From Octopus sinensis (lineage: Eukaryota): a stretch of 64,000 bases of DNA. Below are positions 1 to 13,240 of the stretch, one piece after another. Within the stretch, counting starts at the first letter, position 1. Each line of letters opens with the position of its first letter. The notes beneath the pieces were generated by a model. That model was not told where the DNA came from, did not search any database, and worked only from the letters and a program-made list of their open reading frames with translations. Made by a program: the position numbers and the translations under genes. The stretch covers positions 29,698,001 to 29,762,000 of the forward strand of contig NC_043018.1 of NCBI RefSeq assembly GCF_006345805.1. The letters run 5' to 3'.

Positions 1-80
1 ATATATATATATATATAAACACATATATATATATACATATATACTATATATATGTGTTTACATGTATATATTTGTAGTAC

Positions 81-117
<37 letters not shown>

Positions 118-817
118 TATATATATAAAGAGAGAGATAGAGAGATGCATACACACACAAACATACACATATATATATGCATATATATTACGCATGTCTG
201 TATAATTATACAGGCACGTGTGCATATCCAAGCATGCAGCCAGTCTGTAAATTTACATATTATTACATCGTATCGTATATTCACGGTAATCTATGATATC
301 ACACGATTCAGCGAAACCCAGCAATTTTTTTGTTTTTTACATTTTAGTTTTCTAGAAAATATGATTATTCTGCGTACGATTTTCTCCCCCAACACACAGA
401 CCTCGACACTTCACATCAAGAACATGCCTAACACCCTCAACATGATTATTATGGAATCTTCATCGTTATCAGTCTCTACAACAAAATGGCTGCTCAGAAG
501 ATACAACTGCAAACGACATCCATCCATTATGAAGTCGTACATTAACATATCAGGCACGTAATTCTCTCCAGAAGATATCTCTGATTATTTGATGTATTAT
601 TAATTAGAAATATTTGATGATTATGCAATGAATTATTACACACTTAAACACACACAAACTCACACGCACAGACACACACGCAAACACACACACATGTACA
701 CATATGTGATCAAGTATAGTTCTCTCTCAAAAGATGAGTGTTGAATCCATGGGACAAGAGATTTCGCATAGCGCATAGGTTTGGGTTTCAAACACAAAAT
801 TTCACACATCCACATAC

Positions 818-888
<71 letters not shown>

Positions 889-892
889 TATA

Positions 893-1515
893 TAATCCTA
901 ATGAGGGTGAAACATTTGTATATTAATTTAATAACATCAATTTAACACCAGTGGTTTAGCGTAAGGGTGTCCACTTTAGTGGATTCTCTTTCATATGTGT
1001 ATTAATAATATTTACTGAATCTCAGTTTTTTATGCGCTAAACTCACTGGTGTTAAATTGATGTTATTAAATTAATATACAATTTTTTCACCCTAATTTTG
1101 ATTTTAATTCTTAATTAATACGTTCTCAAACCGGCATAAACTACTGTAGTGAATTGTCTATGCAGTATTTATTTCCGATTATTTGGCGCGCTAGAACGAG
1201 GGCATTTGAATGTAACTGTGAATATAATAGGCCGTACTGCTCGTATTTTTGACCTCGTGTTAAGTTATGGCGTGCAGTTCGACAAATTATATTTTTGACG
1301 GTCTCCACTGAGGATCTGCAAATTAATTGTGTAAGTAAAATTGCATAATTTATTAACAGTGACACAATTGTATGGGGTTAATCTATATTTTTGTTATTTT
1401 TCATTTGTCCTGCTCGCTTACGTTCACAGTGTGCTAAGTTTTTCTTGAGAACAACTTTTTGGTGGTTAGCGTAAGGGCGTCAACCATAGTGGATTCTCTC
1501 ACATATGTGTATTTG
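893..1515 (+). mobile_element. HHR-bearing Penelope-pLTR/retrozyme-like element: ~510 bp unit (1.1 copies) with an inverted 5' arm
   Basis: GCGTAAGGG...CATATGTGTATT block recurs at 959 and 1469 (period 510); 905-950 is the reverse complement of ~1044-1093; HHR-like fold at 1303-1377; flanked by (TA)n. Confidence 0.6.
1303..1377 (+). ncRNA. Type I hammerhead ribozyme motif, probably inactivated (GACAC for GAAAC)
   Basis: Stem I CTCCA(1303-07)/TGGGG(1373-77); core CTGAGGA 1308-14; stem II CTG/CAG plus AAATTA/TAATTT; GACAC 1361-65; palindromic AC-AATT-GT; GTA triplet 1370-72. Confidence 0.6.
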
Positions 1516-1530
1516 CATATATATATGTGC

Positions 1531-1575
<45 letters not shown>

Positions 1576-2338
1576 TATATTTGTGTGTGTGTTTGTATGC
1601 GTGTATGTGTGTATGTATGTATGTATGTAAGTATTTATGTATGCATGTGTGTGTGTATGTATATATACTCCTGTTGTTGAGTATTAAACTTTCCTCTAGC
1701 TTCCAATTGAGAAGAAGAAGCATGGCTTAAAGTCCCCATCTAATTGTCTACTGGATACAGTGTCCGGGACAATCAAAGAAAAAGAGGATATCTATGGACA
1801 ACTCTTTCAAGATGTTCACTTTTGATACCCAGATTATAAATTCACAATTATCCAAATAATTATTGTTGTATTTGGTGTTGCGAGAAAATAATTAAAGGGC
1901 AATCTAGAAGAGTTAAGATTTCAGAAGAAGAAATCAACCAGCAAAAACGCGCAATTACAAATACGATATGTACGCGGAACAATAAAAACATGCGAAATTT
2001 TTCCGAAGTTCAACATGTTATCTAAATTCTAGCGCCTTTACTCTTTTCAGTGCATATAAATAGAAGAGAACATGTAAATATAGGTTTTTACGTATGGATG
2101 AAATGGATGGATGGATGGATGGATGGATGGATGGATGGGCGAAAAGTCACGCAACAAGATTAGAACTCATAGAAATAATGTAACATAATTGAAACAGTAA
2201 ATACTTTGGTGTGTGACTTTTGGCTCACGTATAACATTCTTGGACAGAGTGAGAGAGACAGCGAGAGATACAGACTCAGAGGCAGACAGATAGAAAGAAT
2301 AATATATTGACAGTTACGTACGTATTTAGTTAGACAGA

Positions 2339-2648
<310 letters not shown>

Positions 2649-3580
2649 CAATACTTCGTCAATAACATTTGACACCCGGGTATATTTTTAAACCTGTAAA
2701 CCATAGTTTTCTCTCAAGTATTGATTAATTCATTCATATAGACACAGATTCCTTCTCTGACATTTCCATTCCTCTTTTATTCCTTCTTTCCTTCTCCATC
2801 CCACTTACTCTCGCTCTCTCGAAACTTCCTCTTTTTCTCACAGTCACTCATTCATTCACTCTCTGTTTATCTTTCTATCTCTCTTACATTTAGCGATCTC
2901 ACTTTCTATCTTTCTCTTATTTGGTCTCTAGCTATGTATTCACATATAGAAAGCAGTGCCTTTTATTAAAAGGATTTTGGTCTAGTCCAACGTTATCATG
3001 TTCAAGTGAACTTCTGTGTTCACGATAAGTGTATAACATTGTCCTTCGTGACAACGCACACTGTGAATGCGGAGATTATTTGAAGCGTATCGTTCTGTAA
3101 TAAAATCTGACAGGACATGTTTTCTTGACAAAGTAAGGCCAAACTGGTTGTCAGATCAAATTACCATGAGAAAAAGCCCTTCGCTCACCGAGCTAATGCG
3201 GCAGCAAATAGCTTGCAATGTTCGCGCGTGACCGAAATGGTTTCTCGGCAATCAGTAGTATTTAGAAAATGAGCTCTGAGATTGAGAATACGGTATGATC
3301 AGAAGGTTAATATAAATGAATGGAAGGAAATACATATATACAAACACACGCAATCACACACACAATCATCTATATGTATATATGTATGTATATATAGATG
3401 TGTATGTGTGTTATTGAATGTGGTGTATGTATGTGTGTATCTGCGTACATATTTGTATCAAAGGATATTGCTGGTTCGCTATAGTTTCATTCGGTTAAGG
3501 ATTTTATACAAATGGACAAGTCACACACACACACTCACACACACACGTAAACACATAGAAACATGCAAGACACACACACA

Positions 3581-3623
<43 letters not shown>

Positions 3624-3837
3624 ATAAATACATGTGTGTGCGTGTGTTTGTTTCTGTGTGTTTGTGAATGAGCGTGTACTTATAAACAGCAAAGCGCAAC
3701 ATATTACCTTAAAAGCAAAAGAATTATCGTTAGTAATTGAGACTGAAGGGTGCCGAAGCACCTATAGTTCAAGAAATAGGAGATGAAACACTTAACGCTG
3801 TATGAAACTATGAAACGCTCAGTATTTTTTTTTTTTA

Positions 3838-4204
3838 CTTATTTCAGTCATCTGACTGCGGCCATGCTGGTGCACCGCCTTTAGTCGAGCAAATCGACCC
3901 CAGGACTTATTCTATCGGTGTCTTTTGCTGAACCGCTAAGTAACGGGGTCATAAACACACAAGCATCGGTTGTCAAGCAATGCTAGGGGGATAAACACAG
4001 ACACACAAACATACACGCACATACATATATATAGATATATACGACAGGCTTCTTTCAGTTTCCGTCATCCAAATCCACTCACAAGGCCTTGGTCGGCCTG
4101 AGGCTATAGTAGAAGACACTTGCCCAAGGTGCCACGCAGTGGGACAGAACCCGGAACCATGTGGCTGGTAAACAAGCTACTTACCACACAGCCACTCCTG
4201 CGCC
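3838..4204 (-). mobile_element. tRNA-derived composite SINE (family of 20757-21192)
   Basis: Minus-strand head GGCGCAGGAGTGGCTGTGTGGTAAG...; CCTTGGGCAAGTGTCTT core; internal (TA)/(TG) tract; same layout as the 20757 copy. Confidence 0.85.
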
Positions 4205-4220
4205 TATATATATATATATA

Positions 4221-4546
4221 ATATTAGGGTAATAAGAATTATAGAAATTATTATTACCAGTGGCCTAGCACAAAAAGATTAGTCAATAGACTATATTTTA
4301 TTCACATAAAAATATCGTGTACATTAAAACACATTAAGAGGCTTCCATATAGGAAAGCCTTGTGCTAGAAAGAGCAGTAGAAAACTCAAACCACTAATTA
4401 TGGATAAATTCTCGAAAGGAATGCAAATTAAAAAAGTTTACCAACTAATTTATTTCCTAGACCATGCTTTGAGTTTTCTACTGCTCTTTTTAGCACAAGG
4501 CTTTCCTATTTGGGAGCCTCTTAATGAGTTTTAATGTTCACGATAT
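4221..4546. mobile_element. Fold-back element in (TA)n, pLTR-like end, no HHR core seen
   Basis: 79 bp inverted arms 4312-4390 / 4468-4546 with a few mismatches, 77 bp spacer; left end ATATTAGGG shared with 11631. Confidence 0.6.
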
Positions 4547-4551
4547 ATATA

Positions 4552-4591
<40 letters not shown>

Positions 4592-5269
4592 CCTCACAGG
4601 TGAGATAACCGTCCCTGGGCGACTCTAGGATCACTGGATTAGTATATGTATGTGTGTATGTGTATATATATATGTGTGTGTCTGTGTATGTGTGTGTGTG
4701 TATGAATATAAATGTAGATATTGGTAAGTATATATATATGTGTGTGTGTGTGTGTTTGCATATATACATACGCTTATACATATATACATATATGTATGTA
4801 TAAATTTATGCATAAATGTATGTATGTTTGTATGTAAGTAAGCATGTATGTATGAGTGTATATATGTATGATTGTATGTATGCATGTATGAATGTATGTA
4901 TGAATGTATGTATGTATTATATATGTTCCTATGTATGAACGAATGCTATCAGCTCACACATGCAATATGAAATGAGATGAGACCTTGCAATTAACTCTGA
5001 TCATCCATGCAGGGAAAAGACTAAACTCATGGCAGATATGTTAAAGCAATCTAAAATACTGCAAAATAAAGAATTCCAATATCGTCAGTTGATTAAAAAT
5101 TGCAGAGAAAATAGATATCAGAGTAAATGAGTTTATTTCGTACGTGTATAATTTTACCAACTGATGGAAAACAGACATAGCACGATTTTAGTTGACCTCC
5201 TCATTGGAGCAGTCTCAGTGGCTAATATATATACACACACACACACACAACACACACACACAACACACA

Positions 5270-5348
<79 letters not shown>

Positions 5349-5351
5349 TTA

Positions 5352-6546
5352 TTGGGTTGTCCGGAAATTTCGTATCGATTTTTACAGGAAAGAAAAAGGT
5401 CAATAAATACTTGCCATTACATTTTTGATCAACCAAATATGAACCATTTTGTTGCACAGTGCGTCTCCATCTCTCCTTTAACTTGAAAATACCCTTTTCC
5501 CAGAATTGAGGTGGTTTCATGGCAAAGAATTCATCAAGGTACCTTTTTGAAATGTTTACCATTAAGACTATTCTGCAGAGACCTGGATAAGTGGAAATCC
5601 GAAGGAGCAATATCTGGTGAATACGGAGGGCGGGATAACATATCCCTACCGAGCTGCAGTAATTTTTGTCTGGTTCTCAAAGAAACGTGCGATCTTGCAT
5701 TATCATGTTTGAAAACAACACCCTTCATGATGGCCAATTCTGAACGTTTGTCTTGAATTGCTGCTTTTAACTCGTCCAGTTGTGTGCAGTATTTCTCAGA
5801 ATTAATAGTCTGGTTACTTGGGAAAAGTTCATGGTAAAGAATTCCTTTCCAATCCCTCTAGACACAAAGCAAAACTTTTTAGGGTGAAGACCCATTTTTG
5901 GGGAGGCTAAGGTTGGCTCATATCGCCTACTCCAGGATCGCTTTCTCTGATTATTTCGGTAGATAATCCATTTCTCATCACTCTCACAAGTTGCTTTAAA
6001 AAAGGTGCATTTTCATTCCGTTTATAAGGTTCTTCTCACTCAACTCATGTAGTACCCAAACATCGTAGCGATTTTTGTACCCAAGCTTCGCCAAGTGCTC
6101 ATGAACGACGGATTTTGATAGGTTGAGGCTTTCTGCCAATTCTCGGGTTGTGCATTCTCAGTTAATGACTTGATTTGGTCATCATCTGTAGTGGATGGTC
6201 TGCCTGATCGCCCTTTATCAATAAGGCTACAATCTCCAGCTCGGAACCTTGAAAACCACTTCCGTACAATTCTTTCGGATGAAGAAACCTCACCTTAAAC
6301 TGCGCATATTACTTTCGTTGCTTGTGAGGCATTTTTCCCTTTTCGGAAAAAGAAAAGCATCCATTTTAAAGAGTTACAGAATTAACACAGGTTATAGGAA
6401 CATAAACCTTCCTCCACGAAAAGATAGCTTAAATTTTGCTCTAAATAGAGGTGTAGTCAAATCCTATTTTATGGACACTACCATGTTCTAAAATAAGTCG
6501 AAAGGTAAGCTACTATAAATCGGCACGAACTTTCTGGACAACCCAA
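5352..6546 (-). mobile_element. Mariner DNA transposon, defective, both TIRs present
   Basis: TIRs TTGGGTTGTCCGGAAA / TTGGGTTGTCCAGAAA with TA on both sides; frameshifted transposase pieces HDNARSH, YSPDIAPSDFHL and FWEKGIFKLKERW (ORFs 5534-5737, 5215-5610). Confidence 0.95.
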
Positions 6547-7064
6547 TATATATACAATAGACAGAGAAAACAGAGTGCACTGTAAGATTTAGTTATCACG
6601 ACGTTAGTTCCGGTTTACATCTGCACCGCTCTCAACTTAGTGAGGAATGATATAATGAACTCAAATACACTCCACAGAGTAGAAGAAACATCAGATTACA
6701 GAATACACTAAAGGGTTATAATGTGTACGTTCCGCTATTGTGTTAGTGTGATGCGTGCGTTTATATCAGTTCACTAATCCATTAATGAGGCAGGACCTTT
6801 GGTTCGTATTCGGGGAGTGTTGTGTAAAAATGCGAAGAATCAAATACAAAGTATAAATAGGAAGGTCAGAAGGGGTTTGAATGAGAAGCGCTCTAAAGTT
6901 TGTGGAAGTTTAACATGGTTGATCAAACGTATCATTCATGGCAACGTGAGTACACCCACACTCATACATATATACATTTATAGACATACACGCACATACA
7001 CAGGTACATACATACATATATATATATATATAAATACACACACACATATATGTATATATATATA

Positions 7065-8467
7065 TACTTTGATACTTTGATACTTTGATAGGTTTCGGCC
7101 ATTATTGGCCCAGGCCATGTCCAACTTAATAGCACCACCTGGTGAAGTCTTTCAAGTCAGAATTTGGGCACTATGGCCCACTCAAGTAGAGAGTTATTGT
7201 TTACAGAGACATATCCGGGTGTAGGGGGTTTATCCGGGATTTCTTGAAGGAATCTGTCCAAAGACTTCTTGAACCCTATAGGGTCAGTTTCTGTTTTAAT
7301 GTGTTTTGGTGTAATGTTAAGAGAGCGGGGCCAATTGAGTGAAATAATTGTGCCGTATTGTTGTTATGAGATGAGAGTGCGATTTTTGTTTTGGGCGGAT
7401 GGCACGGGGCCCAAGCCTTGGATGTACCTTAAAGGTGATGCCAACATCATTTGGGCAATGCTGATGGAATATTTTCCACATCATGCAGATGATGTAGCGC
7501 TCACGACGACGTTGGAGAGAATAAAGTTTTAGCTTTTCTAGTCGACCCCAATAGTCGAGGCCTGTCATGCCATCTATCTTTTTTGTAATTGCCCTTTGAG
7601 GTGCTTCAACTTTTATGATACCTTGTATTGTGTGGGGAGACCACAGTGGACAACAGTATTCAAGGTGGGGTCGGGCAAAAGTGGAGAAGAGAAGGATAAT
7701 GGTGTGGATATCTCTCGACTGGAAAGTTCTGAGAATCGAGGAACACATTCTGCGGGCCATGTCAACTTTGGTGTTTATATGAGTGGCCCAGCTTATGTTG
7801 TTGTCCACAATTACTCCCAAGTCTCTGATGTTGTTGGACGCCGCGAGAGTTTCACCTGAAGGAAGGGAGTATGGGAGTTTCAGGGCATCCTCTTTTCCAA
7901 AGTGGATTAACTCAAATTTATCCTCGTTCAGCAGCATATTGTTTTTTTTCTGCCCATTGGATAACAGCCAGTAGATCTGACTGAAGGCATGTCCGGTCAC
8001 TCGCCTCATTTATGACCTTCTGTAGCTTGGAATCATCTGCAAAAATTTTTATGTTGCTGTGCTTGATGATGTCATTAATGTCATTAATGTAAATGATGAA
8101 AAGAAGTGGGCCCAGCACAGTGCCTTGCGGAACGCCACTACTCACTTTGGCTGGGCTTGATTTTACCCCTTCAACTACAACATGTTGAGATCTGTCTGTC
8201 AGGAAACACTTGACCCATTTCAGTAACATTCCAGAGACACCAATGTTGGATAGTTTTTTCAATAGGATCTTGTGATCGACCCTGTCGAAGGCCTTACTGA
8301 AATCGAGGTAGATGACATCGGTGTTGGAGCCCTCTTCCAAAGCTCTCAAAAGGTCATCAAAGTGATGCAGGGGCTGCGTTAGGCAGTCCCTTCCATTACG
8401 GAACCCATGTTGGTTGGAGATCAGCCGTCTGTTGCTTTCCAGAAATTGGGTTATTCGAGATCTCACC
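7065..8467 (-). mobile_element. CR1-clade LINE, 5'-truncated (RT to 3' end)
   Basis: YLDFSKAFD, GVPQGTVLGPLLF, FADD and RPHLEYC motifs in frameshifted ORFs 7918-8541 and 7317-8009; tail (TATCAAAG)3 at 7065-7090. Confidence 0.93.
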
Positions 8468-8500
8468 ATATATATATATAAAAGAGAGAAAGATATATAT

Positions 8501-8544
<44 letters not shown>

Positions 8545-9052
8545 TGTATATACATATAGATATACATACCTATATACATGTATAGAGAGGGAGAACGAAA
8601 GAGAGTGAGAAATTAAGATGATCTAATTAGTTTCATTCGCAAAATATAAACCCCCTTTAATTTTGTTCGGATTGCTTTCAATTTTGCTGTATCGATGCAA
8701 CTCTGAATTTTGATTACGATCAACCAAATACTTCGTCTTGTAAATTAAAGAATCTGATGCTATTTGGAATTAAACTTGGGAAATTTTAGTATATATGTGT
8801 GTGTACGTATATATGTATAAAGAGATGTGTGTATTTTTCCATTGTTAACAATTAACACGGAAAGATATGTAAATAGTTAACAGGTTAGAAAAAATATTTT
8901 AAATATTCGAAACGTACACCTCTTTCTATAGGTTACCTTTGACGTTATATCCTATAACGTTTTTTTGAAACAATCTTACTAGCGGTCAGTTAGTCACTAT
9001 ATATATCCATCATTTTATGTTAAAATGTCTTATTGACGAGTGTCATTTCTTC

Positions 9053-9125
9053 ACTTGCCTGAAGAGAAGGTTACATTGTTTTACACCATTTTATCAGTGA
9101 TATCTTCGAAACGTGTGTCGGAAGT
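9053..9125 (+). ncRNA. Type I hammerhead ribozyme motif (solo pLTR-like copy)
   Basis: Stem I ACTTGC/GGAAGT (5 of 6 pairs); CTGAAGA 9059-65; stem II GAAGG..ATTG/CAGT..TCTTC; GAAAC 9108-12; GTGT loop; GTC 9117-19. Confidence 0.8.
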
Positions 9126-9189
9126 AAAAGAATTTGAATAACACCTGCGTTTAACTCCATTTATTTATTTATATATATATGTATGTATG

Positions 9190-9234
<45 letters not shown>

Positions 9235-10282
9235 ATGAATGTATGTATGTATTATGTAGACACATACAAACATACATACTCACAACTAGATGGAATTTGT
9301 TGTATTTAGTTGTGAAGTGTGGATAATATATTTACATAGAGCGAGATAGAAATTAATAACCGGAATTTTGAAGAAGGGTGTCTTCTTAAATATTAACTCA
9401 ATGTTTGCGAGAAAGTACCTTAAGGAACGTTTTGCATACCAAATTAAATAAATCTGTTTTCTGCTATGTAATACAGTGGACTTGAAAAACCTCCATTAAA
9501 AAGAATTAATTATGTATTTCATAGACAAAATTCCTCGAGTTATGTGAAATCTGAAAATGTAACTGTTAACACAAAACTCTATTAATGATATTCTAAAGTG
9601 GGATTTGCATATTAGAAGCTAAATCAAATTAATATCTCCTTAATATTTATAATGTAATGGATTATATATGGACGGAGTGGAAATAAAATTTAACTCATAA
9701 TGGCAATATTTTTAAAAGCTTTATGTAATGAGAGATAGGAGTTCAACGAAATGTGTAAGGTGATAAAAGACATATTACTTTACCTAGGTTGTTTAATGAT
9801 TCTATTATATTTCGAGAAAGATACGCCTTATCAAATATAAGATAGAAAATAATCGAAGGCTGCGTGTAATTATATCATCGTTAGCATAATTATTACATGA
9901 ATGATTAAAAGTATAACTAGAAATAATTATATTATGAAATAGATTGACAGAAATACCCCAAGGTAAGTTGGTGTTAATATATTTAATGTATGCATGATTC
10001 CGAAGAATAAGATCCATAAGGGGTAATGATTAGATAGCGGTCTGGATTTGAGAAAAGAATTTTGTTATTAACTGATACTTTTCCAAGGATTTCAACAACA
10101 CATAAGTCAATGTTTTGTTCGTTTTGTGACAAAATCACCGACGTGTAGCCTTCGCTATACTTAGCGAAACCGGCATAGAAGAGCCATTGAATAAATGTAC
10201 ACCAGTCGGCATTGAAAGATAATTGTTTTCGAGAATATAGGAATTAAAAGCTAACATGCCCTTGGAAAATTAACTATGTGCT

Positions 10283-10337
10283 GTAATGATGATGATGGTG
10301 ATGGTGATGATGATAATAATAATAATAATAATAATAA

Positions 10338-10368
<31 letters not shown>

Positions 10369-10372
10369 AAGA

Positions 10373-10421
<49 letters not shown>

Positions 10422-10462
10422 TGATGATGATGATGATGATGATGATAATAATAATAATAATA
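10283..10462. repeat. Compound trinucleotide microsatellite (GAT/AAT/AAG)
   Basis: Direct reading; explains the poly-D/N/K ORFs. Confidence 0.95.
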
Positions 10463-11573
10463 CAAAAGCATATCAAATTTATCATCCTTGCTTGCAAAAA
10501 GAACATATTAGGTAATGGCTTATAACGTTCTCGTTGTCATTTATCCAAGAAATAGATCTTGTAAGATCCTTAATAGACCTTGCATTATGTTAACATTAAC
10601 TTAACTACATTATTTTATATGAAGATGGCGTCTCTGTAATTTCTGATTGAAATAATTTCGCTCTTATCAAAAGGAATAAAAAAAAAGACGTAGGACACAG
10701 CATTTCAGGTTCCGATGTGATTAACAAACATTTTATTAGAAAAATTGAGAAGGGTAGATAGACTCACAACGACATTACATACAACTGCATATGCATGCAC
10801 ACACACGGATACACACGAACATATATATACGCGTAGAATCCTTTTGCAAGAACTCCATCACAGAGATCTATAATGATTCGAGATTTACTTTTTACTTTCC
10901 TCAATTTGTTATTATTATTTTTTTATCCATTTCAGATTTCTCTTTGATGTTTGAATACAACAGAAAATTGTGGCAACATTGGAAGAAAATGAAAATCGGG
11001 ATTCAAATGAAAACTCCGGAAGAAAAAAAACAAACAAACATATTTTAATCAATTGGAGTTCATTTTATGTATTTTGACATAAAGTTAGGAATCAATTTCA
11101 GATTTTCTTTCTTAGCCTTTGATACATTCCTCTTTCAGTATTTATTTAGAAAATCAATTTGGGATTATTTAAATAAAAGGACAAAAATACAGAAAGCTAA
11201 ATTGTAATGCTTATATCTACATCCTGGAAGTTTTTTTTTTTTAGTATAATCCTCTATTTAATATAGTTAAATATGTGATTGTTGTTTTACAACTGTATCA
11301 CAAAATATTATGGAAACTTCTAGTGATATTCGCCATTTTGTGTGCGGCCTGCATTTATATTCTACTTCATATGTTTACTTCGCAAATAAGTAGTTTCAAG
11401 TTCGATCACCCTGTACAGCATCTGGACAATTAATGTTGTATCACAGAATCAGTTCGACTTAAGTCTCTGAAGGAAATCTTGTCAGAAAATATGCAAAAGT
11501 GTACCGTATAGATTACACCAATTCTTGTGTGAGATATCGAATACACTGATTCCTTTAATACAGTTATATATAT

Positions 11574-11622
<49 letters not shown>

Positions 11623-12011
11623 ATATATATAATATTAGGGAGTAAATCCAAACTTACAGGGAAAAAATTAGATTTAGGAATAAATCTAATTTTACAGTAT
11701 AAATATATATACATTATATATTTATATATATATATATATATATATATAGCAATTAAGGACAACTACTTAATAAGGAAAACTTAACAAGAATTGTCAGGTA
11801 GATAGCGTAAAAACCTCATAAGAAAAAAATTTCGAAAATAATTATTTCTTATTGAACATATTAATTTATATATATAGAGGGCATTATACATACATGCCAG
11901 GAGTCATTATACATACCTGCCAAACGCTAAGAGGGACAATCAGTCATTTCTACCAAAAATATTACTAATCCCACCGAATGCAATTTTTCAAAGTAAGACA
12001 TTTAAAAATAT

Positions 12012-12059
12012 AGACCTGTATCACAGTGATTTCATACTTGCGTAATCATCAGCAGGTCT
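12012..12059 (-). ncRNA. Type I hammerhead ribozyme
   Basis: Minus strand AGACCUG-CUGAUGA-UUAC GCAA GUAU-GAAA-UCA CUG UGA-UA^CAGGUCU: 7 bp perfect stem I, GNRA loop II, AUA cleavage triplet. Confidence 0.88.
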
Positions 12060-12490
12060 GAATGTATTATAAATAAACAACGACCCTGCCTCGCTTAAGC
12101 CGATCAGCTAACTGATCAACATCAACGAAGCACATGGGTGAGTTTATATATATTACATCCGGGTAAATGGCAAACTTTTACGAATTGCATTTCGGGAGAG
12201 GAAAGTTTTTTCGGAATAAAAATTTAGCAATTAAGGACAACTACTTAATAAGGAAAACTTAACAAGAAATTGTCAGGTAGATAGCGTAAAAACCTCATAA
12301 GAAAAAAAATTCGAAAATAATTATTTCTTATTGAACATATTAATTTATATATATAGAGGGCATTATACATACATGCCAGGAGGCATTATACATACCTGCC
12401 AAACGCTAAGAGGGACAATCAGTCATTTCTACCAAAAATATTACTAATCCCACCGAATGCAATTTTTCAAAGTAAGACATTTAAAAATAT

Positions 12491-12538
12491 AGACCTGTAT
12501 CACAGTGATTTCATACTTACGTAATCATCAGCAGGCCT
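12491..12538 (-). ncRNA. Type I hammerhead ribozyme (second copy)
   Basis: AGGCCUG-CUGAUGA-UUAC GUAA GUAU-GAAA-UCACUGUGA-UA^CAGGUCU; both differences from copy 1 are structure-neutral (G-U wobble; loop still GNRA). Confidence 0.88.
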
Positions 12539-12712
12539 GAATGTATTATAAATAAACAACGACCCTGCCTCGCTTAAATATTTTTAAATGTCTTACTTTG
12601 AAAAATTGCATTCGGTGGGATTAGTAATATTTTTGGTAGAAATGACTGATTGTCCCTCTTAGCGTTTGGCAGGTATGTATAATGCCTCCTGGCATGTATG
12701 TATAATGCCCTC

Positions 12713-12815
<103 letters not shown>

Positions 12816-12931
12816 ATATATTATATATATATTAAATTAGAGATAAAACCACTATTAGGCAAATCAAGCAATGAAAAACATAAACCAAAATATAGAAATA
12901 AAATTAATTAAAGATTTAAATTATTTAAATT

Positions 12932-12960
<29 letters not shown>

Positions 12961-12962
<2 letters not shown>

Positions 12963-13240
12963 GCGCCCTTTTTAAGCCTAGCCAGACTCATGGGCCCGGT
13001 TTCCCGGTTTCTATGGCGTATGTGTTCCCCCTAGCTGGATGGGACGCCAGTGCATCGCAGCCTTACTCAAGAAAAAGTAAGAGAGAGTGAGAGAAAGTTG
13101 GGGTGAAAGAGTATAACAGGGGTCGCCATCACCCCCTGCAGGAGCCTCGTGCGGCTTTTAGGTGTTTTCGCTCAATAAACACGAAACCGTGATCCTCTGA
13201 CCTCGAGTCCGCTGCCCTAATCACTGAGCCATTGCGCCTC
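12961..13240 (-). mobile_element. tRNA-derived SINE (family of 54766-55035)
   Basis: Head GGAGGCGCAATGGCTCAGTG...; body shared with the plus-strand copy at 54766 (GAAACCGG..AACCGG..CCCATGAG). Confidence 0.8.

Noticed and set aside
895-925. CTAATGA-GGGT-GAAAC-ATTT-GTA hammerhead-like string
   Set aside because: G5 missing, no stem II, poor stem I; it is the inverted 3'-terminal motif of the family.
10152-10180. Hairpin TTCGCTA/TAGCGAA followed by GAAAC
   Set aside because: No CUGANGA upstream; lies in a decayed SINE tail.
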